From Patescibacteria group bacterium (GTDB lineage Bacteria; Patescibacteriota; Patescibacteriia; 2-12-FULL-60-25): a stretch of 64,000 bases of DNA. The stretch spans positions 11,947 through 75,946 of the forward strand of contig JAQULH010000001.1 of the NCBI GenBank assembly GCA_029004215.1, written 5' to 3'. A model generated the notes under the pieces. The model was not told the DNA's origin, made no database searches, and saw only the letters and a program-made list of their open reading frames with translations. Of this stretch, positions 47,301 to 52,541 are shown piece after piece (within the stretch, counting starts at the first letter, position 1; every line of letters begins with the position of its first letter). Both the position numbers and the translations under genes were made by a program.

Positions 47301-48977
47301 TTTGACGGCCAAGCCATGTCCAGTATTTTGGATTGTAATTCAAAATTGCAAGCTTCAGAAAACCCTTTTGCTCAGGATGGCTTAGGCAATTTAATACATG
47401 ACCCGAATGTTTCTTATCAACAAGATCCATCTGCTTATTGCAAGCCGGTCAGTAAAGAAGACGGCAAGCCTACTGATGAGTGCCAGGCCAAAACCGGTGA
47501 AGCCGGTAACCCGGACCCGGACCTGGATGATAACCTCTGTACCCACCGTCCGGGTTATGTGCCACGCGGCGATGTTTGTGCCGACGGACGTGATCAGTGC
47601 TTGGTGACATATAACTTGCACGATAATGTTTCAGTGGATTCCTATCTTAAATCCAAGGACGTTAAGGCCGCGCCATCGGCCACAGACGTTACTCCTGGTT
47701 TGGACACTTATCATTTCTTGAGCGGCTGTGGTGCCAACGGTTGCGATCTGAGTCAAGGATTCAGGCTTAAGGATGATAAGCAGCTGACAGCTCCTTATAA
47801 ACCGCAACCGCCTATGGTAGCGGCTCCGGATATGACTAAGAGTTCAGCTTCCGCCAATGCCGTACCGATTGCCGCGCTGGATGCGTTCACGATTAACAAT
47901 CTGCCCCAAGGCTTATTATTTGCGGGCGGCGGGCAAAGCTTGGTAACCATGAGGTTCTATGCTTGGACAGCCCATGATCAGGGTCCGATTAAGAAGATTG
48001 TGATCGACTGGGGCGATGGCACTGTCAATCGGATCGATTATGCGCAAATGAAGAACCAAAAGCCGATATGCAATACGGATCGTGAATGTGCGACTGTTCC
48101 GGGATTGGCTTGCTCAGGTGATGCTGATTGTCCGCCGGGTACTGGCGGTTGCGTCCCGACCGGTTACTGCAAGAAGCAGTCTTACACGCCATGCCACCGG
48201 GACAGTGACTGCGACCAAAAATCCAAAGGTGACACTTGTGAATATAGGATTTTGTTTGGCAACAGTCCGGATGCTTGCCGACAAGGCTATATGGAATTTG
48301 GCCACGTTTATAAATGCGAGACCTTGAAAGATATTCCAGATTTCAGTTGTTATGACAATACCGGTTCTGATTTGAAGTGCTCCAAAGAACCAAACCTGAC
48401 ATGTGATTATTGCAAGGAAGGTGAGTCGTGCGTTAAGGGGCTTGCTCCCCAGAAGGGCTGTTTCAACGAGCAACTTAATCATTGTCGCTTTACGCCGCGA
48501 GTCATGGTGTTTGATAACTGGGGTTGGTGCACCGGGGATTGTTCAAACGTCAATGACGGCAAGGCTGATGACAGGATAGTCCGCCATCCGAACCTGGGCT
48601 GTTATGACGGCTCCCAAACTAAGATTAACTCAGAAGTCATGTCCAAGCCGGCAACCAGCCAAGTGATTTCTTCGAGGCCTTCAAAGACGGGATATAATGC
48701 CCAAGAATGTGCTGATCAAGATTCCTTGGTAATTAACAGCTTTATTCCCAAGGACAGTATCTATTATCAGCGACGTCCATGGATTGTGTACCAGGGAGCG
48801 ATTGAGCTGCAGGCTGGCGAACAGGCTCTGCAAGGTCTCAATCTGCAAAGCGGCAGCCAGAATACATGCGAGCAAAATTGCCAACTCGCTTACAATGTTT
48901 GTCAGGCCCAAAATAAGCCTAATTGCGCAGTAGGTTTATCCTTGTGTACCCAAATGTGTGGCAGCAAGATCCAATAA
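35385..48977 (+). CDS. giant secreted Cys-rich protein (~4,530 aa), function unknown
   Basis: Uninterrupted 13.6-kb ORF. Signal peptide or anchor at 35385-35492. CBM4_9/jelly-roll-like segments at about 37620-38140 and 39090-39520. PKD-like IDWGDGT at 48003-48023. Confidence 0.85.
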   Translation: MQKNGFEAAKKIIVSLVILAMFGALVAPFSQVFAQAGAVQDPGESPPVDANPLTCSEQYAAQLIEYPTHMLSMGTGQLVMSDTLATLKKDYMECVATKTAKQKDWWYRRGLYLKNQWGTRVLTSIFGGLVDAMAMISQRIAYEAAADLLYGNPGNEPRFWNSSFDTWLENAGMDASSKFIDRLDVVVGDWTQSTTATYDPKTNQVIPGFRFSFCKPPNPYTLRLSLGLGEVARLGPGACNLKKVAENFKAIGDLVSSGDAIQLHRPTVQYGASDLSVGVETNSTYFNYLINKRAGLSLNRQEDRGLRPVMDVVSGKIKIPTLMMEQSYRDLSPTKMGLSSEAEQRGAIVSAYFQVGLENIPMLALTTFTNTLIVGLLHKWLDPKGATGLDNTATPQQITITAESLKNADATGEAQDLYERQAFAKALGDYLIPNFASTEDRDIISELTTCNTPRKRFNCAMDQALGVAIQVGTREGALTVGRASGIGGQGATFSPATQALHSDWEMVPESDIKNNTDPTCAQRAYCAGNLKKMRLARIITIGWEMAANSPYNTKHNGKNITLGEVIRGFYDCNDQGKLDKDHPWCHLIDPNWILMAPKYQCRATGFSDAILPGVGTRLEDCGDMVSCLKSNQNNECVGGYGYCLAERPAWKFEAQECAEQYVSCRTYNYVGGQVSLLRNTTDKGNCSEENMGCTWYATERYVTSTASPDNLWVSSVTSGPRVYFDRGAQPCSSEGCTKVFRVTTGQSALNLVQNGSFENLTTATINDQTVIQKVNGWRTGSNCTLDKAILSDAYDGTYSLSLSGQTCEPTSQDIAIYPGRYYVLSYYLKTQAKVGKNVADVKFYKRLANGSVQQINDNITTYGDCSASGGDLTFSKQATDSWERISCEFVSPKDVAYITLKLGGTSGVLFYDGVQLEESEVTTPFIDGVSQALLSDKLKTAYLKIAPDEYKCTGDDTKDHPGCKRFARVCRQTDVGCQGYKDVEDITAPEIPANLTAKDLCPAICAGYGEYRKLPSTFDLVKDPSHPPFDDPQDETTSYFIPGSLTEACSLEDVGCEPFTSMEAATSTGEKVAYYKDVRLCQKPNDQAATYFTWEGSDVSGYQIRTWSLIASDPANVTSSAPKLVLRGGSLGQIKDPATCNDVTWKLGNDPDCRQFYDVGGHVYYIFYSQTVSSDPTCTTYRKDDSTEADCVKTGGDFVMASKSCTYQALPSESLSCPATAGGCRAYLGPTGRNAINVFRDTFATGTQIAFDKSQGGNTTLQYSNESVLVGDRSLKLEAPLGSSIDATLKLAINSTSTLMRVSFWAKANRPRGQNDQPSKVMIDGVEAGTFYPDAVWSRFEVGPFTAKQNPTLVEIVAPSQSQTQNNIIYVDTFSVDQLNDVQFVRKNHWAIPLACDSTPEGTPEPRYMVGCREYSSRNGDTVFVRNFSRLCRDTAIGCSAFIDTNDKPQPYSETKTIKGTNFPADFNLNSYAKHGAAKAYEEQFFGDWSVTSQPYRYYYAIDDARGRCDSSQASCRGYGKPIFRQDRIALATTTYQVDPANADIYYNQKDLFGFDTVLFKDDWSKYLKDNGDPNMACRKDELFCDQFKSGNVTEYFRDPGKQACVWRASKKLTKNAAYNIPSDGDYSGWFREGTDIPCYPPYLSSGNNYLIQYTGESDYAGWGGKCPVDQSECTELVDPNDTSDQSHPNGRSYYVINGPKLDKSSCGGTADPLSGCILFQDKGVGTLQASSQATYSKVMAERGAAQPPIDCKGNPGDQYCVATRKCKNFKSTYNTNIVVPPGDSIGAAGDENEFNKNWTKYLKDSNLENKVCTQPSQCNSDVKVSSRGGAMVTIGFVTGDCPESSNDANVVIKVKMDRECARWMGCRTGETVYDAGQNKYVTQCTDMNICERNGSRNDDIYCSKFTERDSENFLSPGQYVDTDSYSGREVGFGKMDYSGLISPDHYLVADIQTRAVGYDLLSGSKLADRYRYDLRAVAEVPSDAKEIKGVEDPLFKVPGISLCKDVRTDRVGYSEDGKCILPISEASSLMLVAGQLTTDLTRDIRQLYNSFESGYADTGNNVLQSAMPLPECQIYPEEASPLPNQYVAEWNSSVNPPTPKKMVEGYEHANACVYKEDCSCSYRKVRYSGGERYYALDGAAPSVGICMGGDLDGQPCVPGGYVAVGAQNRVLSKSTVTDSCKGGTCLPIQDVVSVFGKYGYCLERDLTRISSASQTIAPCLTWSPMAVLGGKYDVSHRSPTASYTPPQGMGEYYCSSGANVQKLITPNVTTAYEAGYIKHWASTDFIMPGNQQQFAYSRPDVWWNTKTKNNYQNIYLDGSSNLYQDSTYSACPTCSIKLDETAAHVCTVGVGKVGKGCTNDVDCGSGGKCGDSSTLRVTGNETKNMQYACRRASLCEGLRPEDKDVSTSCDTAENRLAKNSKCQDANNQDGLWIQTGGGFSRSYLEYFIPYRPSFEGLQQDASRPNPNYFDYRFGLFRFGIQPDAVGSACKWNPKWFGMDYPTVNQDKQTAFSCTNFLQQVQSASNQITQLAQQSMPLILDRGSEELLSDPQGVPYKLGCLGNQSGSCYFKFWQSGFNDQDQGEFNWIDGGGYKTTPETFRWEKVYSIWYGQQCRSGRPYFAIRAMFQNVNSAENALEPDEARFDKLSGPWQFIGFWVTTCMPNQVLNDPGLMYLRLDIVKADVCKEVSQVIAPYTRESAAFADRVWAQGRFILPVLGLQYNSPNEPFGSALATKQIGNDPMLMGASVPLSGDYLKSPTFVDSGLSMQSIFNDQQNSWMPLSNLFARIYKVYRWSPYTVNVGDWACVKGDKMANKCSVNANTYQGLIDCGDYATCSDELDTSLVNLDWRCNALSGVNRGLSCGTSNNWTSPTRNSDPICHNAAVYAHRDSVTNNISTSHCSEQDTSDCVLSKPGCEPANQAHPDFLAYTVNSKDYDPAKKDFTINFKPFICTDQNFYAFPTLETVSANTIQASKWSDASMLLYAALKVSLKWRCDYNLDGSPPTCDPISDFCGQGQGNASVLGILAALNAQLIGANDSYDMRSAFKAAFDNEKSHPNFNGIDSSYNAFTSPLNGVMNLWKTKGITEKTLPIRIALGKWNIDRLSQLINYKCSADSVNADHRCLAIGSLPTDLNTFIQTHNGNQPIANDFPNLYKSYQTLYCPKRIDPCGTPGVPQYPYYNPPPGKSVMDMEGLSPPACGYCSLNDPTGWGASQNDQYYGKMPKDAQGKDTGYCVGFSKYSRCSTNADCTFNNFEYWGAHQEETRTDGILGYDYDNLTVDFPLLYLQDDKSPISKDPQPTAVNLPTPLFEKTDLVPGDLIKDEYRVPDKYSEPAVLTVLNSGDSVCLLRPVGKICMAIAQELFDRYGETNKTDGVALGYKDMHSGQSTLNKVGDVMAKLAQDSYWALVPGYNGIKLIEDICGDKCDPSAGHRKDYGDTLIKELMQEFDKCETICDNGAVLAPNGYAAHFEDIVNKSVATPTSKPVRTVSLAPFVVNPLWETIRSIGYSTNKTISYCEEDGDNFAKDNNSCCQGSSFQSSYVTAYFLKGLYYQYSWRFQIRNIYDEDKCGDVPRTWESYMPYAVDGVPLAGIFNITSQLTGTFLDNYPRFELLWPNGFDHRLQDLGKDTLVNDMFPWSVSEVYFTSLFPLLDKGYSLFDTNPAKILYNGAISWFQYMRIWSGFGYSEDLKNAFDNYLVALQDKTNKQAAFDNAKASDDKACSNQPDPLFCDYSATTKAQAELDKIKDDFTKAEAAYQKQYKIDMQDHYFSQTGWGTLIDENDPRLQLYPGALPAAKPLADKAASAAAPLKPIFVPGHCEPPKNGTDFDSKQLAARGVDLGLQDKDAGKYNIAGKPAFTWPAGGANDSGYKTWYTDTVYGGAGFSSGWHGATDYYNPPNQVQSDKLEGDGTGASNGYTAATYDSLVNITNPPEAYIPAEIVPDPLGRFGEDILMPAPVGSVGKISRTTCRCDGGVFDGQAMSSILDCNSKLQASENPFAQDGLGNLIHDPNVSYQQDPSAYCKPVSKEDGKPTDECQAKTGEAGNPDPDLDDNLCTHRPGYVPRGDVCADGRDQCLVTYNLHDNVSVDSYLKSKDVKAAPSATDVTPGLDTYHFLSGCGANGCDLSQGFRLKDDKQLTAPYKPQPPMVAAPDMTKSSASANAVPIAALDAFTINNLPQGLLFAGGGQSLVTMRFYAWTAHDQGPIKKIVIDWGDGTVNRIDYAQMKNQKPICNTDRECATVPGLACSGDADCPPGTGGCVPTGYCKKQSYTPCHRDSDCDQKSKGDTCEYRILFGNSPDACRQGYMEFGHVYKCETLKDIPDFSCYDNTGSDLKCSKEPNLTCDYCKEGESCVKGLAPQKGCFNEQLNHCRFTPRVMVFDNWGWCTGDCSNVNDGKADDRIVRHPNLGCYDGSQTKINSEVMSKPATSQVISSRPSKTGYNAQECADQDSLVINSFIPKDSIYYQRRPWIVYQGAIELQAGEQALQGLNLQSGSQNTCEQNCQLAYNVCQAQNKPNCAVGLSLCTQMCGSKIQ

Positions 48978-48991
48978 TTGATCGCTAGGAT

Positions 48992-49020
48992 TTGACATGA
49001 AGCGAAATGGAGTATATAGT
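48992..49020 (+). promoter_or_regulatory. sigma70 promoter upstream of nusA
   Basis: TTGACA (48992-48997), 17 nt, TATAGT (49015-49020). Confidence 0.5.
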
Positions 49021-49089
49021 TAGCAAGTTGACTCGTTCTGGATGAACGGGTCTTCTTTTACCCCAAATTGATAAAACATCATTAACCCT

Positions 49090-50397
49090 ATGGCATCACA
49101 AATATCACAAGCTATCAAAGCTATTTGCGACGAAAAGTTGCTGACGGAAGAAGCTGTACTCGAGGCGGTCGAAGCAGCCTTGGCCGCGGCTTACCGCAAG
49201 GATTTTGGCAATAAGAACCAAAACATAAAAAGCGAGTTCGATCCAGAGCTTTATGACGGAGCTACGGCCGGTATCCGCATTTTTGACGTTAAGGAAGTTG
49301 TGGCAGACATGGAATTGCCCGAAGATTATTTCGAGCGTTTTGAGGCAGCTCACGTTGGCAAGAAGGATAAAGATCGACAAGCTCCCACGTCAGCTCCTGT
49401 TGAACAACCGGTGGCTATTCCTCAAGGAGAGGAAGGCTCAGAAGAAGAATTTGTTTTCAATCCCAAGACAATGATCATGCTTTCTGATGCCCGCGACCTT
49501 AAGCCTGATGCCCAGGTTGGGGATGAGATCCGTGTCGAGTTGGCTATCCCAACCGCTTTCGGGCGCATGGCAGCCCAGACGGCCAAGCAGGTCATCATGC
49601 AAAAACTACGCGAAGCTGAACGCAACGTCATATATCAGGATTTTAAGGAACGTGAAGGTGAGCTTATGAATGTGACTGTCCAACGCCGCGAGGGTCGTGT
49701 TGTATTGATTGATCTTGGCCGTGCGACCGGCGTCATCCTGCCTGAAGACCAGATCGAAGGTGAGCGTTATTTCCCCGGCACTCGCATCAAGGCTATCTTG
49801 CGTGAAGTGACTTTAACCAACAAAGGCCCGGAAATCAGGCTTTCGCGTTCCAGCCCAGGCTTGGTGGCTGCCATGTTTGCCCAAGAAATTCCGGAAGTTG
49901 CCAACGGCGTGGTTGAAATCAAAGACATTGCCCGCGAGTCAGGCAGTCGCACCAAGGTGGCTGTCACGACCAATGACGACATGATTGATCCAATAGGGTC
50001 TTGCATTGGCCAACGCGGCACGCGTATCCAAACCATTATCCGCGAATTGGGCGGTGAAAAAGTTGATGTCGTCCTTTGGAGCGAAAATGAATCAGAATAT
50101 ATTGCCGCCTCATTGAGTCCGGCCCGGGTTATGAATGTGGAACTCAAACCTAACGAACATTTGGCGATTGTCCAAGTCACCCCGGATCAGCTCTCGTTAG
50201 CCATTGGCAAGGGCGGACAAAATGTCAGGTTGGCTGCCAAGCTGACTAATTGGAAGATTACTGTCATTAATGTTGAGCTTGGCCAGGTTGTGGCTGACTC
50301 AGAGGTTGGTGAGATTGCCAAGGAAGATGAAACTCCAAAACAAGAGGTAGAGGCCACTGCGACCGAGGAGAGCCAGACGAGTGAAGAGAAGTCTTAG
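49090..50397 (+). CDS. nusA: transcription termination/antitermination factor NusA
   Basis: NusA N-terminal domain, S1 domain and two KH domains (GxxG: CIGQRGTRIQ, AIGKGGQNVR), with an acidic tail. Confidence 0.95.
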   Translation: MASQISQAIKAICDEKLLTEEAVLEAVEAALAAAYRKDFGNKNQNIKSEFDPELYDGATAGIRIFDVKEVVADMELPEDYFERFEAAHVGKKDKDRQAPTSAPVEQPVAIPQGEEGSEEEFVFNPKTMIMLSDARDLKPDAQVGDEIRVELAIPTAFGRMAAQTAKQVIMQKLREAERNVIYQDFKEREGELMNVTVQRREGRVVLIDLGRATGVILPEDQIEGERYFPGTRIKAILREVTLTNKGPEIRLSRSSPGLVAAMFAQEIPEVANGVVEIKDIARESGSRTKVAVTTNDDMIDPIGSCIGQRGTRIQTIIRELGGEKVDVVLWSENESEYIAASLSPARVMNVELKPNEHLAIVQVTPDQLSLAIGKGGQNVRLAAKLTNWKITVINVELGQVVADSEVGEIAKEDETPKQEVEATATEESQTSEEKS

Positions 50398-50415
50398 TTA
50401 ACCAACATATATATT

Positions 50416-51177
50416 ATGATGTGGCTTTATAATGAAATCCTTTTTCGTCCGATTCTCAACCTGTTGATTTGGCTTTACGGTGCTTTACCCGGGGCTGATT
50501 TGGGCATCGCGATTATCGTTTTGACAATCATCGTCAAATTGATCCTTTATCCGTTTACTGTTTCTCAGATTAAACAGCAAAGGGCCTTGCAAACCATGCA
50601 GCCCAAAATTGCTGAGATTAGGAAGCGGCTAAAGGGTGATAAGGAAGCTCAAGCCAAGGAGCTCATGGAGCTCTATCGTAAAGATAAGGTTAATCCGGCC
50701 GCTTCTTGTTTACCTTTGGTTATCCAACTGCCAGTTTTTATTGCTTTGTACCAGGCCTTGTCTGTGGGCTTGAAGTCACAAGCCCTGACCATGCTTTATT
50801 CCTTTGTACCCAATCCAGGCACTATCCACGCCATGCTTTTCGGGTTCATGGATTTGACCCAACCGAATTATGTCTTGGCTGTCTTGGCTGCTGCTGTGCA
50901 ATTTTGGCAGACATGGATGATGATGAAACCGCCGGGCGCGGCCACGCCTCCGCCGTCCGAGGTCAAGGAAGATAAGGGCGCCAAGGATGAGGACATGGCA
51001 GCCATGGTCAATAAACAAATGATGTATGTCATGCCAATCATGACATTGATTATTGGCATCAAGTTACCCGGAGGATTAACGCTTTATTGGTTCGTTATGA
51101 GTTTGTTGACAGTCGCTCAGCAGTATTGGCTCATGCGTAAACCAATCCCGCCAACTCCCGAAGCTCAATTGCAATAA
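50416..51177 (+). CDS. yidC: membrane protein insertase YidC/Oxa1 (short form)
   Basis: ...MQPKIAEIRKRLKGDKEAQAKELMELYRKDKVNPAASCLPLVIQLPVFIALY pattern. Confidence 0.9.
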   Translation: MMWLYNEILFRPILNLLIWLYGALPGADLGIAIIVLTIIVKLILYPFTVSQIKQQRALQTMQPKIAEIRKRLKGDKEAQAKELMELYRKDKVNPAASCLPLVIQLPVFIALYQALSVGLKSQALTMLYSFVPNPGTIHAMLFGFMDLTQPNYVLAVLAAAVQFWQTWMMMKPPGAATPPPSEVKEDKGAKDEDMAAMVNKQMMYVMPIMTLIIGIKLPGGLTLYWFVMSLLTVAQQYWLMRKPIPPTPEAQLQ

Positions 51178-51179
51178 AT

Positions 51180-51509
51180 ATGTTCAGATTCAACCCCAAG
51201 TCGCGCCTTACGGTTCGCACCAAGTCCGGGACTTTGCTGGGTATAGTCATCACTGTCGAAGTCAACCAGGCTACTGGCAGGATTGATACTTTCTTGGTGG
51301 CAGCGAGCCGTGTCTTGTCGGTTATCTCTGATAAGTCATTGGCCATAAACTGGAGTCAGGTGGTTGATTGGCAGGATGATGAGGTTATTGTGGCTGATGC
51401 AGTAGAGCGCGAAGCAGCGGTCAATGTCGCTGTAGCAACTCCGGCCACGCCACGTTCGTTCGCGAACGACGTGGCCGCATCCTCGGTGCAAATGAGCGAA
51501 CAGCAATAA
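51180..51509 (+). CDS. PRC-barrel-like small protein
   Basis: 109 aa. ...VRTKSGTLLGIVITVEVNQATGRIDTFLV... resembles YlmC/YmxH PRC-barrel proteins. Weak call. Confidence 0.45.
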   Translation: MFRFNPKSRLTVRTKSGTLLGIVITVEVNQATGRIDTFLVAASRVLSVISDKSLAINWSQVVDWQDDEVIVADAVEREAAVNVAVATPATPRSFANDVAASSVQMSEQQ

Positions 51510-51527
51510 TCCATTATCGCCAGCACT

Positions 51528-52541
51528 ATGGACCATGTGCGAAGCGCGATTATAAGGACACTAGCCTTTCAGGCTGCTTGGGGTTATGCGCCAACGCGTT
51601 TGCAGTTAGCCATGATGTTGGATGTGGGTTGTGTTGAGACACAAGATATTACGCCTCAACAAATCAACACAGCAGTTGTCATGGATGAACTGGATCGCCT
51701 GATTGCAGAAAATATTGTTTGCGAACAACAAGCTCATGTAGCTTTGGCGCATTTTGCTTACCAAATAGAAAAAGGACGGGCAAAAGAGTTTTATTTCCCG
51801 CGTAAATTGCGACGTGCGCGGCAAGTAGCCTCATACTTAAGCCGTTTGCCTTGGGTGCGCGCCGTTTGTTTATGCAATACAACTGCTTTAGGTCAAGCTC
51901 GCGATGAAGGTGATTTGGATTTTTTTGTAATTGCCAAAGCCGGTTCTATTTGGCGCACCAGGTTTTTTGCAACCCTGCCTTTCAAACTATTGGGCGCCCG
52001 ACCGACTTCTGTCATTGCGAGGAGCGGCAGCGACGAAGCAATCTCCGGAGATTGCCACGCTACGTCTAACTTCGCTCGCAATGACAAGCCACGAGCAACA
52101 GATCCAGTTTGTTTATCATTCTTTGTGACAGATGATTCATTAGACCTTTCGCCTCACATGTTGCAGGGCGATGATCCGTATTTCCGTTATTGGTTCTTGT
52201 CGCTTTTACCCCTGACTGACGATGGAGTGCTGAAGAGTCTTTGGGACCAGAACATTAAAATCAGGCAGAGGCACCCTTTGGCAAAGCCATGGATGCCCTT
52301 GGATGGCGATGATTTGCTCAAGCCCACCAAGCCTGCCCAGCAGCCGGTTCGTTCATGGCTAGAGGATACCTTGAAAAAGGCGCAGCAAAATAAGTTTCCT
52401 GCGTCGATTAAGTTAATTGCCAACCAAGACACGAGGGTTGTTGTCAACGACCAGTGCCTAAAGTTCCATGTGGATGATAAACGTGAGAAGTATTGGTCGG
52501 ATTATTGCGATATCTGTAAACAATATGGGATTGAGCCGTAA
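51528..52541 (+). CDS. hypothetical protein (possible nucleotidyltransferase-fold core) carrying an in-frame 75-bp repeat insertion
   Basis: 337-aa ORF. GQARDEGDLDFFVIA resembles a nucleotidyltransferase acidic motif. See the repeat at 52011-52085. Confidence 0.5.
   Translation: MDHVRSAIIRTLAFQAAWGYAPTRLQLAMMLDVGCVETQDITPQQINTAVVMDELDRLIAENIVCEQQAHVALAHFAYQIEKGRAKEFYFPRKLRRARQVASYLSRLPWVRAVCLCNTTALGQARDEGDLDFFVIAKAGSIWRTRFFATLPFKLLGARPTSVIARSGSDEAISGDCHATSNFARNDKPRATDPVCLSFFVTDDSLDLSPHMLQGDDPYFRYWFLSLLPLTDDGVLKSLWDQNIKIRQRHPLAKPWMPLDGDDLLKPTKPAQQPVRSWLEDTLKKAQQNKFPASIKLIANQDTRVVVNDQCLKFHVDDKREKYWSDYCDICKQYGIEP
52011..52085. repeat. 75-bp palindromic repeat unit inserted in frame in a CDS
   Basis: Terminal inverted repeat GTCATTGCGAG / CTCGCAATGAC and a central 18-bp palindrome GCAATCTCCGGAGATTGC (52038-52055). 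Exactly 25 codons (VIARSGSDEAISGDCHATSNFARND). Confidence 0.7.
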
